A stretch of 19,469 nt of DNA from Azolla caroliniana (lineage: Eukaryota; Plantae; Polypodiophyta): contig JBHGNT010000603.1 in NCBI GenBank assembly GCA_043228905.1, positions 1 through 19,469 of the forward strand, read 5' to 3'. Below the pieces are notes generated by a model, which did no database searches, was not told the DNA's origin, and saw only the letters and a list, made by a program, of their open reading frames with translations. Positions 17,075 to 19,469 of the stretch are shown in pieces. A program made the translations under genes and the position numbers. Within the stretch, counting starts at the first letter, position 1; the number at the start of each line of letters is the position of its first letter.

Positions 17075-19469
17075 TCAGCTCCCTTGATGTCGCGGTGTTG
17101 GCGCCTCTTTTGCTGTCCTTTCCTCCGCTTGGCCCTCAGTCAAATCGAACATTTCGATTAAATCGATCACTTCTGATTCAATTCCACTTTCAACCAAATT
17201 GGCTGTCTCCAATTCGTCTTCTATTTTCATGCCCTTGACAACATCAGACCATGTCTTGGCCTTGGTCTTTATGCCCTCCTTGGCTATATTTCCCCTTTGT
17301 TCGGTTGTCTTCATCTCTTCCTTGTGAATACGGCCCCTGTTTTCTTCTTCTTCGGCTTCTTCAACAGGCCCGAAATCGAATTCTTTATCCGATTCGGCAT
17401 TGCAATTAGTACCGCTCCTTTCATGCTCTTGTTCCTGTTCCTGTCTCCCCCTCAAGTTCGGCGTGTCGAGGTGCCGCAAACCCAGCTCAATCGAGAAATG
17501 TCGTAACTTGTCGAGACCAAGGGGCTTGGTGAAGATGTCGGCAATCTGCCGACCCGTCAAGACATATGCCAGTTTGACCTCACCAGAAAGGACACGCTCG
17601 CGAACGAAGTGATAGTGCACCTCAATGTGCTTGGTCCAGGCGTGGAACACAGGGTTCTTCACAAGGTGGATGTTGCCGAGGTTGTCACAGTAGATTGTCG
17701 TTGGATCGGACATCTCTACGTGTAGATCCCGTAATAGCCGTTTTAGCCAAATGACTTCGCACGTAGCGACAATCGCCCCTCGATATTCGGCCTTTGTGCT
17801 CGACAATGCTACTGTCGACTGCTTCTTACTGCTCCACACGATCGTCGCACTTCCTAGTGAGAATGCGTATCTAGATGTGGATCTACGATCGTGGGCATTT
17901 CCGGCCCAATCGGCATCCATGTAGCCCACTAACTGCTCGGCTACATCTACACGATACAACAACGCCATATCTTTCGTGCCGCTAACATATCGTAATATCC
18001 TTTGTGCGCACTGAAGGTGCTCAGTCATGGGTTGCGACATAAATTGACTGATCATTCCGACCGGATTGCTAAGGTCCGACCGAGTGATCATCAAGTAGAT
18101 GAGGCTTCTGACAATCTGTCAAAACCGTGTCGGGTCGCACGCCTTTCCCGAATCTCGGCGAAGCTTTACGTTTCTATCCAGAGGGGTCAAGATGGGCTTA
18201 CAATCTTCCATCCCGAACTTGAAGAGCATATTCAGCGCGTAATGGCGCTAGCTGATCGATATGCCTTCGGGGGACGGATCACTTCGATCTCGAGGAAGTA
18301 ATGAAGGTCTCCAAGATCCTTCATTTCGAATGATGCCGCAAGCTGAGACTTTACATGAAGGATTTCTTCCAAGTCGGCACCGGCGATGACTAAATCATCA
18401 ACATAAAGTAAAAGACAAACTGGTCCATGTTGACCTTGCCAAACGAATAACGAAGAGTTGGATTTGGACGTTGTAAACCCCATTCTATGCAACCGTTGCG
18501 TAATCTTCGTGTTCCAAGCTCGCGGGGCTTGCTTAAGGCCGTATAACGCCTTCTTCAATCAGCAGCCTGCCGAAGTGTTCTGTTCCGATAGAAATCCAGG
18601 GGTTGTACCATGTACACCTATTCCTCCAGATCGCCTTGGAGGAACGCATTTTTTACATCCATCTGATGTAAGTGCCACCCCTTGCCGCAACTATGGCTAG
18701 CAGAACTCGCACGATAGTCATCTTCGCGACTGGGGCCAAGGTCTCATCGTAATCTACGTCGTGCTTCTGCGTGTAGCCTTTCGCAACCAAATGGGCCTTA
18801 TATCGATTGACAGAGTTGTTGGTATTGTATTTCACCTTATACACCCATCTACATCCAATCAGCTTTACACCTTTCGGTACGTCAACCAGGTCCCAAGTCT
18901 CATTGTCTGTTAAAGCGTGCATCTCTTCCTCCATCGCAGCATGCCAATTTGCGTCTTCCGCCGCTTCTGCGTAGCTTTTCGGCTCACGTACTTCCGCCAC
19001 TCATGTCATGTATGTGTAATGGTGCGCCATGTATTCATTGTACCCGTACCTCTTTACGAGGTTTGTCAGGCGGGTAGATCGGCGTAATTCGTGATTACCT
19101 GATTTCACGGTCTTTTCGGCCGGTTTCGACTTCTTCCATGGAGATTCCTTTTCGATTGGCCCAAAATCAGACTCACTCCGATCTGACTCGGCACTGCCGA
19201 AATCGTATTCCGACATTTTCTTCTTCCCTTTTTTTTGATGCGTAAACCGTCTCCTCAGTTCTTTACACGGGGACAACACGGTCGAGTCTCCACTACTCAT
19301 CGGCTCTTCATTTGGTTGGCCATCTCAGCCCAACCCCTCATTCGGCCCACTTAGCCGAAATGAGATTAGACTCTCTGTCAGAGCTCCGATATCCTCATCA
19401 TGCAGAGGCATCTCAGCCTCGCTGACCTCTTCTTCAGAATTCGGAATGGAATGATGAGGTATTGGAGGT
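17075..19469 (-). pseudogene. pol: Copia pol (RT and RNase H), broken by frameshifts and stops
   Basis: EPKSYAEA..WHAAMEEE..IGCRWVYKVK..YKAHLVAKGY; KALYGLKQAPRAW; LLYVDDL; YMDADWAG..WSSKKQ..YCDN..TKHIEVHYHF..QIADIFTKPL. Confidence 0.95.

Larger units (their letters stand above)
16530..19469 (-). mobile_element. Ty1/Copia LTR retrotransposon, 3' half (IN tail-RT-RNase H-extension-PPT-LTR), runs off the window
   Basis: Copia RT and RNase H motifs; PPT TTGAGGGGGAG at 16934-16924; LTR TGTTG...CAACA. Confidence 0.95.

Overview
Eukaryotic (land-plant-type, probably moss-like by inference) heterochromatic window made almost entirely of nested, decaying retroelements around a 5.4-kb tandem array built on a tRNA-Leu(UAG) gene. 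From left to right: (1) a near-complete non-chromovirus Ty3/Gypsy LTR retrotransposon (1-6894; tRNA-Trp PBS, gag-PR and pol joined by a -1 frameshift signal with a predicted pseudoknot, tRNA-like Pol III promoter in the LTR); (2) an AT-rich DNA-transposon-like remnant; (3) the tRNA-Leu array (about 330-bp monomers, intact and deleted tRNA copies, higher-order structure), interrupted by a MITE-like insert and a 5'-truncated LINE; (4) a scrambled nest of a Ty1/Copia integrase fragment, an inverted Tnt1/Tork-like Copia 5' end, a chromovirus integrase-chromodomain-LTR end, and the 3' half of a Copia element with an unusual post-RNase H extension. No host protein-coding gene is supported. All counts and alignments were done by eye.
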